64,000 nt of DNA, from the IMG/VR virus record IMGVR_UViG_3300035182_002586, positions 186,001 through 250,000 of that record. The stretch is one strand, 5' to 3'. The number at the start of each line of letters is the position of its first letter. Position 1 is the stretch's first letter. A program made the position numbers and the translations under genes. The notes beneath the pieces were generated by a model. That model made no database searches. It was not told the origin of the DNA and saw only the letters and a program-made list of their open reading frames with translations. Below are positions 32,688-43,045 of this stretch, one piece after another.

Positions 32688-35600
32688 TCACCCCCTCCCG
32701 TTGTTGCTGCGGAAGGCGGTTCTATCGAAGTAGGGGTTGCCGGGTGTGAACCCGTACCCGTACTTCGTTGCCGTGGTGGACTTGACGTTGGTGAGACGCA
32801 GTGTCTCGACCTTGTTCGCCGGGGTGAGGAAGCGGTGATTGTACTGGCTCCCACGGAGCCGGTAGTACAGCGAGGGTTCGCCGAAGGACGGACCGCCGGA
32901 CTGCCAGACCGGCCTCGACATGTGCACGAAGCGCTCTTCGATGTCGACCTGACTACCCGTGATCTCCACATCGTGGAGGGTCACCTCGTCCGCATCGGTG
33001 AGCTGGACAGCCGGCATCTTGTCGCTGATCGTCCAGCAGAACACGTCCTCGCGAGGCATGATGTAGACGCTGATCGGGGTGTTGGTGGTGAAGTCGGCGG
33101 CTGACGCGGGGGACACCTCGATGACATCTGTGTCGAGCGTGATCGTGCGGTTCCCGTCGAAGTGAACCACCATGGGCGTGATCACCGGGTTGGCCGACAC
33201 GTTGAAGAGACGAACACCCGGCTGGATGTTCATGAGCCCTGCACCCGGAACGTCCGCTACGTTGAACGTCAGGGTTCGACCTACCCACGTGGCTACGTTG
33301 TTGAGGTTGGCTCCCGACTTGAGCAGGGGGAACGCCACAGGGATTTGAGTGGTCGCCGAGGTGTAGTACCCGAAGGCGGCTGCACCCGTGTCGTCGTGCC
33401 AGAGGTACCCAGCAGAAATGACCCACCGAGACATCCGGTTGTTCCAACGGATCGTGACCTTCCTCGCCTTGGGTTTGACGTTCGAGGTGAGGACGGGGGC
33501 CGTGAAGCCAGGGCCAGGGGCCTGACCCTCCGCAATACCCCACACGCCAGAGGAGCCCGTGAGAGTAGCGAGGGTGCCCGACCGTTGTACCTGGCCCGAA
33601 GGGGTCACCATGTACCAGGTCAGGTCCCCCGTCGTCTGGTTGTTGTAGACGACGAGGTACTGGTGACCGTTCCAGGCGAGCGAGGCTACACCGTCCTCGC
33701 TACCGACCAGAGGCACGATCACGTTTTCCTGGCGGAACTGGAAGGTACCCTTCTTCCACGTGGAGAGGACGATGGCGCTGTTGCCGACGCCAACGTTGAT
33801 GCCCGTGTAGAGGACGGCGTACTCGTCCGTCACGTCATTGTACACGGCATCGTTGAGGCGGAGGATGGTGGTCCCGAACGGTGCCAGGTCTGCCCACGAC
33901 CCGTACCCGAGAGCCTTCGGGCGAGGGTTAATGCCGCTCATTGCGGCACTCATCAACCCCGTGTTCTCGGCGAGCTGCGGGAGGTTCGTGACATCCCCGA
34001 TCCCGCCACTCAGGATCATCCCGTACACGACCGTGCCCGGACCCACGTTCTTGAACGTGGTGGAGGTGCTCGGGTGCATGAAGATCTTCCTCGTGAGGAG
34101 ATCGTGGTCGAGCACGACATAGCCACCGGCATCACGGTAATCGTCGACACCACCCTTGCGGGTCTTGTTGACGATCACGATGTCTCCGGGCTGGCAGTTC
34201 ACCGGGTGATCGATTGTATCGTAGAGATACCCGTCTCCAGCGATGACCCCGATACCGAGGTTTGCGTTGAAGGACTTGCCGATCGCAGCATCCTCTGCGG
34301 CTACACGCTTCACCTGGACGGCGTAACCAAGGCCCGTTTCGGGGACGATGGCGTACTCGATCTGACGGAGCGGGTCGGTCCCACCAGGGAGGCTGCCACG
34401 CCTCCACATGACGATGAAGTTCTTGCCGTCCCAGAGGATCTTTGGATTGGTGTACGCTCCCGTCAGTTCTGAGGCGTTGATCAGGTAGGACACTGCGCCG
34501 CTGGCGTCGCCGGTGCCCGTGAAGATCGCGACACCAATCGCGCTGCCTCCGTAAGGGGCGGCGTCCGTCGGGTTCGTGCCTGCGACCCACACGGCCGCGT
34601 AGACCTTGCCCGAGTAGGCCATGTCGCAGGCGTAGAGCTGGTGCGTCCCCAAGATCGTGGGGAACCCGTTCTGGTCTCCGCACGAAACCCGGGCGAGTTC
34701 GGTGATCTTGTGTTGGATCACCGCGTCGCCGGTCAGCTCCGTACCCTGCTCGAAGCCGTCTTCGTCTCCCGGCATCGTGCCGAAGCACACGAATCCGTTG
34801 AACGGCTGGACGATCGAGTAGTTGGCAGCCGTCCAGCAAGCGACGAACCGGCTACCGTCCCAGATGACGACCGGGCTGCTCGGCGTCGTAGGGCTCTTCG
34901 CCATGTAGTCGTAGGGCGAACCGTTGGGGTTCGACCAGAGGTCGTTCATGAACTCCGTGCGGATGTTCTGCTGCTGCTCCAGGGACTCGATCCACGTGAT
35001 CGACCCGTTGCTTGCGTCAGGAGCGGACCCTAGCGGATTCGCGACAAGCACGGTGGTCGAGTTGACGTAGGCGATGATCGGGAAGTACCCCCGGTTGGCG
35101 AGGGTGGTCGTTGCGTTGATCTGTAGGTAGTGCCCGACCGACTGCGGCGTCATGCCGGTAAGGCCGGTGACCGTCATGTGGCCGGAAGAGAACGCGGTGA
35201 TGGAGGCGGCCGCTCCACTCTGCCCCGAGAGCACCGCGAGGAGGTTGAGCTGCTCGTGTGCACGCGTCCGGATCTTCGTGCGCCCCGTCTGATCCGTGTA
35301 CACGGCTTCCATGACCGTGCGAGGATCGAGCGCGTTGGTGTACGAGTACGAAGAGGGGTACACGAAGCAGTTGCGGTAGCCGTCGGTGGCAAACCCTCCC
35401 GTGAACGTGACCGGCGAGCCGTGCCTCGTGTACACGTGGTTGAACGTATACTGCGTGGGGCTCAGTGCGTTGGTCCCGACCACCTGGAGCGACCGGAGAC
35501 CTGACTGATAGGGTCCGAACGACTGACGGTAGAACGCCGTACGCGCGAGTGGGGCGACCGCGCCGCTGTAGATGCGGTCGAGGAAGCCGTAGCAGTTGTC

Positions 35601-38600
35601 GCCCCATGCGATAGCGACGCTGGGGGTCTCGTTCCGAGCAGCGTACTTCTCGGAGAAGCCCTTCTTGTCACCGACTGCAACGCCCTCGTAGAAGATGTTG
35701 CCTTCGATACGGGCGTGGGTATCGTCTCCGAAGTCCTCTCGGATGCCGTTGAGGGCGCTGTTGGTGAGGTTCCGCTCCTTTCGGTACATGAGCGGAGTCA
35801 GAGAAGTCGACGGGGTGCCGTTCGTCGGAGGCGTGTCATCCGCGAACGTCGTGTAGCTCGTTCCCATGAGGAGCCGCCCGTCCGATGCGACGCGGAACCC
35901 TGGGTTCTTGATACGGCCGTTGCTCCCGCCTGCGTCTGCAAGCGCCCACTTGACGTGTGTGGTCCCGCTTGCGATGGCCGGTGCGAGGAGGCTAAGGTCC
36001 GTGTCGATCGTGATCGTGTGCTCGTCGTAGATCCCCGTGATGACAGCGAGAGTGCCGCTGGGCCCGGCGTCCGGGAAGAAGACGACCTCCCCGAAGAGAC
36101 CACCTCCGAGGTTGCTCAGTGTGGCCCGCAGCAGGTTTCCGTCGTGTCCCGGCGTGAACCCGTCACCGAAGTAGAAGCTCGGATCGGACAGGTAGAAGAC
36201 GCCGCCGGACACCGTGTACGTACCCAGCTCGGAACGGATCTCCCCCTTTGAGGGGCTGACGATGGACCAGTCTGAGCCCGTCCAGGTCACGTCCGGGATC
36301 AGAGAGGGGACGACCGGCGTTGCAAGAGTAGTGTTCCACTGGTGGTGGAAGTTGAGCGCGGAGACCTCACGGTCGTGCGAGCGCGTGTCGTACCACCCCT
36401 GGTTCGGACGTACGCCGATGGGCGCACGTGAGCTGAGGGACCGGCTGGACACCTCGATGTCGCGTGCCATGTGCTCGGTGGCCAGGGCCGCAGACACGTC
36501 GATGCGACGCGGAGCCTGCGAGAGAATCTGCCCTGCGTCGTTCAGAAGGACAGCACAGGTGGAGAGGTGCTCTCGGAACGGGTGGGGGGACTTGGCTGTG
36601 AGACCCGCTGCGTCGATGAAGGACGAGTCAAGCCCGTTGTCGAAGTTGTAGATCTTGTCCGACGACAGGTATGAAGTGGTGTTGAAGCTCTGGTAGACGA
36701 GCAGCCACTTGTTGTCGCCGTGTGAGATACGTACGAAGTCCGGCTCGCGTGCTTCGAGAGCGTATTCATTCGACGTGTAGTCGTTGTCCGTCAACGCGAT
36801 GGCAGCGTCCGTGAACCCGCCCGGGTTGAGACGGCGGACCCATAGCTTCGAGGTGGGTGCAATTGCCCACACGATGCCGGTGTTGTCGTCGTAGTCGACA
36901 GCACCTACAGGTTCCGGCTTCGTCGTGATGAGGTGGATGGTCGAGGGGTTCACGAAGGCGGAAACCACGCCATCGAACCCACGGTTTCCAGCAGCACCGG
37001 CATCATTGAGATAGAGGAACCGGCTTCCACGCTGGATACCGGACGCGGCCCACGAACCCCAGATGCCTGTGAACACGGCGTCCGTGAAGTCGCCTGTGTT
37101 GCTGGCGCCTGCCGTCCCGAAGTACAGAGGGTGACTTCGGATGGAGTACGCGTAGAGGAACCCGCCGTAGTCGTCCGCGTCCACATCCGTGGAGGACACG
37201 ACTTGGTTCGCCATCGCTCCGTTGTGGTCGGCGGTGACGTTGGTGAACGTCCCGCCTCCGGCCGTGTATGCAAACGTCGCGAATGTCGAGTTCAGGAGCG
37301 TTCCATCATAGGCCCAGAACCCGATGGCAACCTTGTACCCCGTCCCCGTCGAGTACTTCTCGACTGCGACAGACGGGTGGTCCGTGCAGACGTTGTAGGG
37401 GGCCGGCACGTCCGCCAGGATCTCGTACGGCGATGCTAGCGTGGTGGTAGCCCCCTTGAGGAGATACCGTACGCCCCCCATGTCCGTGGCTACAGGTCGA
37501 TCCAGGTAGATGGTGTTCCCAGACACCCCGGTGACTTGGAAGTCGCCCTTGACGTTCCCCCATACGATCTGGAGGGAGCTTCCGGGCATAACGCCCGCCG
37601 TCGTGAAATTGGTGCTGCTATCGTACAGGAAGTCGCTTCCAGAGGTCTGCCCGAAAACGCTGGTGATCACGAGCGTTCGGACGCCTTGGTACATCACGGT
37701 TGGACCCGTGCCGCCGTTTCTTTGCGTCCATACAACCGAGTACTCGTCCTGGCCCTCGTGATAGGCAACACGCGGGTAATGCCCGAGCGTGTGGTTCCGT
37801 GCGTTCCCGGATGTGGCGTTGAAGAACGGAGTGGTCGTCTTCTTGACGTCGATGCCGGGGGTGCCGAGAGACCAGGAGATGAAGGTGTTGTTCGCGTCGT
37901 TTCCGACGGCTGTGATGTTGGAGACCTCGACCGAAGTAGGGGAAAGGTACGTGATGATCTTGAATGTGCCGTTGTTTCCACCAGAGGCAGCACTGAAGAT
38001 CGTGAGGTTGAAACCCACGACGCTCGGGGTGATGTCTGTCAGGCCCGTGATGGTTGCGACACCGGCAACGACCGTGGTGACCGAGGCGTGCGTACCCGTC
38101 GGCGCAGGGTAGACGCGTGTACCGTCGGCACGGACTTCGTTGAACCACAGGCCCGTGCCGATGGCCTGGAAGACACCCCAGACCCTTCGGTTTGAGTTCC
38201 ACGCGATGTCGTATCCGTAGACCGTGACATCATCCGGGAGATCGAACGTGAGGGGGCTGAGGAACGTCCCGAAGATGGTGGTCGTCGAAGTCGGATCGTA
38301 GACACCCGTAGGCGTGTTCGGCCCGAACTTCACGAAGGGGTCGGTAGTTCCAACCGCCACGTTTTGGCGGGACACGAGCTTCGTTGCCGAACCTTCCCCT
38401 TCGAGGATGATTCCGGGCGGGACCGACAGAGACCCCGTGTAGTAGTAGCGACCCTTGCGGAGGTGGACGACGCCGTAGCCGCTGGCGAACGCATCCTTGA
38501 GGAGCTGATCCAGGTCTGCGGTCGTATCCCTTGCGCCCGTTTGAGACCCGAGAGGGAGAGCCTGCTGCGGGTTTGCGTCTGCACCGGGGGACTGCGCCGG

Positions 38601-40070
38601 AGCCGAGCTGTCGCCCATCGTGAGGGCGGTCTTATCCCCCACGTGCAGCTCCATGGTAGTCGGACTGTCCGTGAAAGACGGGCTGACGCCGTTCTGCACG
38701 AAGCGCCACGAACCCGATACAGCCCCGAAGCCACTCGTGTAGCGGAAGTAACGGAACGCATGCGTTGCCGGACCCGGGTAGTGTCCGTCGAGGGTGCCGA
38801 ACTCGACCCCTTGCACAAGATCTTCGTCGGAAGCGCGGGCCTGTGCGTAGAAGAAGTTCGAGTCCTTCGCCGTGGTGGACGACAGACGCCAGACACAAGC
38901 ATCTACATCGAACATGACCAGGCCCGGCTCACGGGCGCTGAACATGTCGCTGCGCGGCCTGTACAGAGTCGCTGCGCTGTTGCGGGTGAAGCTATGGTCG
39001 ACGGCCCAGAAGACCGCGAAGAGGCTCAGACGTCCTGCGGGACCTACCCCGCCCGTGACCTTGATGTCATCCCCGAGACGAGGCGCGCACGAGAAGCGGA
39101 CCACGCCGGCTGCGTAGTCGATCGTCATCCGCTGATCAGCAGCGGGGATCGTCGAGTCGATGACCGGGTTCAGCGACGCGATTGGGGACATCATGTCCGG
39201 CGCCGTACCCGAGCCGTCGGACTTGTAGAGGATGACACGGTAGCCCGTGGCATCGAGACCCTGCCCGGGGCCTCCAGTCGTGGGTCCTCCGAAGATCGCA
39301 TCCGCACGATCCCCCAACCCGTAGAACGGGGGGATGATGTTCACGATGCGGTCAGCGTTGATCGCAGTGAGGGTCGGAGCCGGATCCGAATGGAGCGTGG
39401 ACCCCGGCTTGACCATGAGGAACGTCTGCTCGCGTCCGAGAGGGCCTGACCCCGGGACGGCGAAGAGCTGGACGGCCTTCGGCTTGACGATCGTGTACGC
39501 GTACTGCTCCGTCCCTGCGTCGAGGGGGGTGGCGGCGCCTGTGGTCTTGCGAATGCTCGTCAGGGTCAGCCGCGTGGTGCTGACGCCGCTGATGAAGGCG
39601 ACGGCGTTGCCGTTGGTGAGCGCTGCGGTCTCGGACGCGTGGATGATCAGGAGATCGCCGTAGTTCACCCCTGCGGCGATGAAGTCCGCCTGGAGGTCGT
39701 CCCAGTGGGTCGTGTCCGAAGCGAACCCCTGCTGCCCCGTTCGCACGGGGGTCTCAGAGGGGCCGTACCACTTGGCGACTTCCGCAGGTCCCGGGGACGG
39801 TACGTCTGCGACCTGGTTAAGCCTCGACAGGTCGTACAGCGGGAGGCCGGATGGCGCGACCGAGTTCACGTCCTGGAGGAAGAGGGACGGGAGCGTCTGG
39901 TAGGGCTCTGCGTTGACGGACCCCACCCCAACGACGCCTTCCGGCAGGAGGCCGGAGTCGCCGATCGTCAGTGCTTTCCCGCCAGCGGCGAAGTCTGCAC
40001 GACGGAGCTGCTCCAGCTCCTTGCGGGTGAGGTTCGAGTAGGAACCCGTTGCGGTGAAAGTACCGGCCAT
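32688..40070 (-). CDS. giant virion protein (tailspike/adhesin-like) with pectate-lyase-type beta-helix entry motif and propeller-like repeats
   Basis: 2460 aa; DTTADLDQLL...GVVHLRKGRYY...LSVPPGIILEGEG; repeated P.V.W.G..Y.VVW units. Confidence 0.7.
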   Translation of the reverse strand: MAGTFTATGSYSNLTRKELEQLRRADFAAGGKALTIGDSGLLPEGVVGVGSVNAEPYQTLPSLFLQDVNSVAPSGLPLYDLSRLNQVADVPSPGPAEVAKWYGPSETPVRTGQQGFASDTTHWDDLQADFIAAGVNYGDLLIIHASETAALTNGNAVAFISGVSTTRLTLTSIRKTTGAATPLDAGTEQYAYTIVKPKAVQLFAVPGSGPLGREQTFLMVKPGSTLHSDPAPTLTAINADRIVNIIPPFYGLGDRADAIFGGPTTGGPGQGLDATGYRVILYKSDGSGTAPDMMSPIASLNPVIDSTIPAADQRMTIDYAAGVVRFSCAPRLGDDIKVTGGVGPAGRLSLFAVFWAVDHSFTRNSAATLYRPRSDMFSAREPGLVMFDVDACVWRLSSTTAKDSNFFYAQARASDEDLVQGVEFGTLDGHYPGPATHAFRYFRYTSGFGAVSGSWRFVQNGVSPSFTDSPTTMELHVGDKTALTMGDSSAPAQSPGADANPQQALPLGSQTGARDTTADLDQLLKDAFASGYGVVHLRKGRYYYTGSLSVPPGIILEGEGSATKLVSRQNVAVGTTDPFVKFGPNTPTGVYDPTSTTTIFGTFLSPLTFDLPDDVTVYGYDIAWNSNRRVWGVFQAIGTGLWFNEVRADGTRVYPAPTGTHASVTTVVAGVATITGLTDITPSVVGFNLTIFSAASGGNNGTFKIITYLSPTSVEVSNITAVGNDANNTFISWSLGTPGIDVKKTTTPFFNATSGNARNHTLGHYPRVAYHEGQDEYSVVWTQRNGGTGPTVMYQGVRTLVITSVFGQTSGSDFLYDSSTNFTTAGVMPGSSLQIVWGNVKGDFQVTGVSGNTIYLDRPVATDMGGVRYLLKGATTTLASPYEILADVPAPYNVCTDHPSVAVEKYSTGTGYKVAIGFWAYDGTLLNSTFATFAYTAGGGTFTNVTADHNGAMANQVVSSTDVDADDYGGFLYAYSIRSHPLYFGTAGASNTGDFTDAVFTGIWGSWAASGIQRGSRFLYLNDAGAAGNRGFDGVVSAFVNPSTIHLITTKPEPVGAVDYDDNTGIVWAIAPTSKLWVRRLNPGGFTDAAIALTDNDYTSNEYALEAREPDFVRISHGDNKWLLVYQSFNTTSYLSSDKIYNFDNGLDSSFIDAAGLTAKSPHPFREHLSTCAVLLNDAGQILSQAPRRIDVSAALATEHMARDIEVSSRSLSSRAPIGVRPNQGWYDTRSHDREVSALNFHHQWNTTLATPVVPSLIPDVTWTGSDWSIVSPSKGEIRSELGTYTVSGGVFYLSDPSFYFGDGFTPGHDGNLLRATLSNLGGGLFGEVVFFPDAGPSGTLAVITGIYDEHTITIDTDLSLLAPAIASGTTHVKWALADAGGSNGRIKNPGFRVASDGRLLMGTSYTTFADDTPPTNGTPSTSLTPLMYRKERNLTNSALNGIREDFGDDTHARIEGNIFYEGVAVGDKKGFSEKYAARNETPSVAIAWGDNCYGFLDRIYSGAVAPLARTAFYRQSFGPYQSGLRSLQVVGTNALSPTQYTFNHVYTRHGSPVTFTGGFATDGYRNCFVYPSSYSYTNALDPRTVMEAVYTDQTGRTKIRTRAHEQLNLLAVLSGQSGAAASITAFSSGHMTVTGLTGMTPQSVGHYLQINATTTLANRGYFPIIAYVNSTTVLVANPLGSAPDASNGSITWIESLEQQQNIRTEFMNDLWSNPNGSPYDYMAKSPTTPSSPVVIWDGSRFVACWTAANYSIVQPFNGFVCFGTMPGDEDGFEQGTELTGDAVIQHKITELARVSCGDQNGFPTILGTHQLYACDMAYSGKVYAAVWVAGTNPTDAAPYGGSAIGVAIFTGTGDASGAVSYLINASELTGAYTNPKILWDGKNFIVMWRRGSLPGGTDPLRQIEYAIVPETGLGYAVQVKRVAAEDAAIGKSFNANLGIGVIAGDGYLYDTIDHPVNCQPGDIVIVNKTRKGGVDDYRDAGGYVVLDHDLLTRKIFMHPSTSTTFKNVGPGTVVYGMILSGGIGDVTNLPQLAENTGLMSAAMSGINPRPKALGYGSWADLAPFGTTILRLNDAVYNDVTDEYAVLYTGINVGVGNSAIVLSTWKKGTFQFRQENVIVPLVGSEDGVASLAWNGHQYLVVYNNQTTGDLTWYMVTPSGQVQRSGTLATLTGSSGVWGIAEGQAPGPGFTAPVLTSNVKPKARKVTIRWNNRMSRWVISAGYLWHDDTGAAAFGYYTSATTQIPVAFPLLKSGANLNNVATWVGRTLTFNVADVPGAGLMNIQPGVRLFNVSANPVITPMVVHFDGNRTITLDTDVIEVSPASAADFTTNTPISVYIMPREDVFCWTISDKMPAVQLTDADEVTLHDVEITGSQVDIEERFVHMSRPVWQSGGPSFGEPSLYYRLRGSQYNHRFLTPANKVETLRLTNVKSTTATKYGYGFTPGNPYFDRTAFRSNNGRG

Positions 40071-40104
40071 TTTCCGCCTATCCCTGCTTCATCCCGGTGG
40101 TGCT

Positions 40105-40111
40105 GATAAGA
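40105..40111 (-). promoter_or_regulatory. putative late-promoter motif TCTTATC
   Basis: In the 63-bp gap upstream of ATG 40070. Confidence 0.45.
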
Positions 40112-40133
40112 ACCTTCGTGGCTTCTACGCCGA

Positions 40134-42308
40134 TCACGGCGGGAGCCACTCTACTTCGTCTACGGCGAGGGAAGAACCCGCACCCTTGACGAGCCCCAAC
40201 CCAAAGAAGATCGGGTACTCCCCCGCACCGTTGTCCGCCGTGAAGAACCCGGTGTTGTAGGAGATGATGTGTTCGGTTGCGCTCAGGGACAGAACTCCCG
40301 TCTGGCAGCCGCGTAGCTCCAGAGCGAAGTTCAGGTCCGGGTCGCCCATCGTCCGGCCGAGGTCGCAGTGGCCCGTTGCACCAGGCACCTGCACGGTGAG
40401 GAGAGCGCCTCCCGGGTGGTCCAGAGCCGCGTTTCCCGTGTACGGACCCACGGCCGTGAGTGCGGCGAGGGTGAGCCCCTTCACACGGATCTTCCCGGTG
40501 TTTCGAGCGATCCCCGTATTGAATGCCCGTTGGTAGATGCGGACGTGGTTGGCCGCATCTCCTGCCAAGACCGCCGAGTAGTTGGGCTGCCCGATCGGGT
40601 GCATGGCCGAGTAGTCGACGTGAGGGTAGATCGCCTGATCCCCAACGACCTGCGCGTCCTGTGTCCCCACCGTGATGACGGTGGCCGAGACGTACGGTGC
40701 CGGAGGGGCTGAGAGCGTGGGATCGATACGATCCGTCGCCACGGGGGTGTGCGTGGTCAGGTAGCGATACTTCTCGTCCCGGAAGGGCTCGAACGTGTCC
40801 GTGGACGAGGTGATGCCCGTTTGCGCCCACGAGTTGAAGATGAAGGCCAGAGAGCTGGTCGTAGCCGCCGAGGAGACCGGCCGGCGCAACTGCGCTACCA
40901 CTCGGGCAACCCCCAGGGTAGGGGTGTGAGGAGTGGACATACCAGCGTAGGCTAGTGCGGGATCGAGGTGTTGGACCTGATCTCCGACCTGCGGAGCAGC
41001 CGTGTTGGTGTAGGTGGAACCGGCTCCGGTCTTCCTCGTGAGGTAGTAGGGGACGGGGAGCCAGGCCATTGCTCCGAAGTCCGTGAGATCGTAAGCGATC
41101 GGGTCCGCTGTCGTCACGAAGTCGGCAGGAAGAAGCGCACCGGAGGCGATCGTTCCAGGCAGCCATGCGTTGTCCACAAGCCCGTCCACACGCAGATCCG
41201 TGTCGAACACGAATGGTGTGTGGTAGTGCACCACGCCAGAGATCGTGACCGTCGGGATGACACCCGTTTCCGTGATGGTCCACGAAGCAGTTGTGGGAGC
41301 TGCTGCCGAGAGGGCGTCACGGAAGATGTAGCGACGGTTGAGGGACTGAATGCCTTCGGCGTCTTCGGGTACCGCATCGTAGTTCGGGGGGTACGCCGAG
41401 TAGATGTTCGCCGCGAGGTAGTTGGCCGCCATGGCGGCGGGAGCGATCGCTGCGTCCGAGATGGCGTAGGTCTCACGCCAGTGGACGATCAGGTAGGAAC
41501 CGTGGGCGCCGGCACCGTAACCAACCTGGTGCAACGCGTACTTGGCGATCTGGTAGGCCGGAAAGTCCGCCGTGTACGGTGTGTAGAAGGAACCCGGGTA
41601 TGCCGAGTAATCCTTGAGGTACGGGAGACGATACGTGAGCGAAATCATGTCCGGCGAAACGTTCGTCGCCGTGTAGTCCACCTGTGTGGTGTCTCGCAGA
41701 GTCTCGTTGAAGTCCGCCGAAGGGCACGTTAGTGCAGCCGGCCGGGTTGCTGTCGAACCCAACCAGAGGGCTGCGTAGAGGGTCGTCGTCCCTGCGTTGA
41801 GGAAGTTGCCGTCTGTCGAGAAGTAGACGGCAACCACGCCACGGTCAGCGGGGTAGACGACGCCCACTGTGGCGCCAGATAGCCCCAGGTTCGGCGTGAT
41901 GAAGTGGGAGAAGACAGCGGTGGTGCCGTTCGTGTACGCACCGTGGTACCCACTCACGCCCCATCCCGGCAACCCGCTGTTCGGCACGGCGAGATTGCTG
42001 AAGCCCATCTTGTTCGGGCGGACCGGGAACAGGTACTTGGCCTGCTCGATGAAGTCGAGGACGGACTCTCCGTCGATCGGTCCTCCGACGCTGGAGAGCA
42101 CGGGGGTGGTCCCACCGGGCGGGTAGTACGGGTTGACGCCGATCGCGCTCGCCATGTGGGCGTCGTGCGGGTTCAGAATGTGCGCGCTGAGAGCCGCGCC
42201 GCCACCGCCACCGGACACGAAGAGGAGAGACGACGCCGGGACGGTGCCTGCGGGCAGACGACCAGGGCCAGGGTTGACGACCGCGTTGGGGTCTTTGTTC
42301 GACGGCAT
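40134..42308 (-). CDS. putative virion structural protein
   Basis: 724 aa, T/A/P/Y-rich; HILNPHDAHMASAI motif typical of fibre proteins. Confidence 0.7.
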   Translation of the reverse strand: MPSNKDPNAVVNPGPGRLPAGTVPASSLLFVSGGGGGAALSAHILNPHDAHMASAIGVNPYYPPGGTTPVLSSVGGPIDGESVLDFIEQAKYLFPVRPNKMGFSNLAVPNSGLPGWGVSGYHGAYTNGTTAVFSHFITPNLGLSGATVGVVYPADRGVVAVYFSTDGNFLNAGTTTLYAALWLGSTATRPAALTCPSADFNETLRDTTQVDYTATNVSPDMISLTYRLPYLKDYSAYPGSFYTPYTADFPAYQIAKYALHQVGYGAGAHGSYLIVHWRETYAISDAAIAPAAMAANYLAANIYSAYPPNYDAVPEDAEGIQSLNRRYIFRDALSAAAPTTASWTITETGVIPTVTISGVVHYHTPFVFDTDLRVDGLVDNAWLPGTIASGALLPADFVTTADPIAYDLTDFGAMAWLPVPYYLTRKTGAGSTYTNTAAPQVGDQVQHLDPALAYAGMSTPHTPTLGVARVVAQLRRPVSSAATTSSLAFIFNSWAQTGITSSTDTFEPFRDEKYRYLTTHTPVATDRIDPTLSAPPAPYVSATVITVGTQDAQVVGDQAIYPHVDYSAMHPIGQPNYSAVLAGDAANHVRIYQRAFNTGIARNTGKIRVKGLTLAALTAVGPYTGNAALDHPGGALLTVQVPGATGHCDLGRTMGDPDLNFALELRGCQTGVLSLSATEHIISYNTGFFTADNGAGEYPIFFGLGLVKGAGSSLAVDEVEWLPP

Positions 42309-43045
42309 TAGCCCACCATGCTCGACGTTTGAAGTGTGTCCCTACGGGCAGCCCGGAACGAAGGAATACTCTTACCCCTTCGACACATGCTCACGGCAGA
42401 TCGGGTGACTCCAGCAAGCACCGCGACCTTAGCGTCAGACATCGTTCCAACAAGTGCGTGCCACTCCCGAACGAGTCTGAGATCTGCGGGGTACTCCACA
42501 CCTCTTGCAGTTTCATCGAAAACGGATAGCAGGACCTCAGAGTACCCGTTCTTCGTCTGCCTCGTGTTGGTGTTCGTTCGTACGCGATGGCAGTTCGCAC
42601 AAACAAGGTGGCACTTAGCAACCTCTCGTCGAAGCTCTTCGAGAGTGTGTCGAAGAAGCCAGCTCACATGCGTGGTCTTCTCCGCTACGTGATCGAAGTC
42701 CATCTGGCAGGACTTCAAGTTCCTACCGCAGTCTGCACAAGGGAGTCGTTCTTTCAGGGTGTCTACGATTGCTCGGTGGTACTTGTACGTTCTCGTGTGG
42801 TAGCTGTGGTCACCTTTGTATGTACGGAGCCTGTGGCAACAAGCACACACAAGATCGCACTTTGCAACCTCCGCTAGTACGACGGACCAGTCTGCGTAGA
42901 GGTACAGCCAAGAGATCTTCTTGATCTTCAAGGCCCTATCTCGGTGATCAAAGTCCATTGCACACGACGCGAACGAGTGCCCACAGTCCTGGCAAGGCCC
43001 GGCTTTCAACGCAGCTAGAGCTTCCCTTCGTTCGCTGGGGGTCAT
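42308..43045 (-). CDS. HNH endonuclease with two tandem HNH domains and C-terminal HTH
   Basis: 2x (CxDC...MDFDH...KC.LVCAxCHR.RT), then SDAKVAVLAGVTRSAV; lower GC; overlaps both neighbours. Confidence 0.85.
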   Translation of the reverse strand: MTPSERREALAALKAGPCQDCGHSFASCAMDFDHRDRALKIKKISWLYLYADWSVVLAEVAKCDLVCACCHRLRTYKGDHSYHTRTYKYHRAIVDTLKERLPCADCGRNLKSCQMDFDHVAEKTTHVSWLLRHTLEELRREVAKCHLVCANCHRVRTNTNTRQTKNGYSEVLLSVFDETARGVEYPADLRLVREWHALVGTMSDAKVAVLAGVTRSAVSMCRRGKSIPSFRAARRDTLQTSSMVG

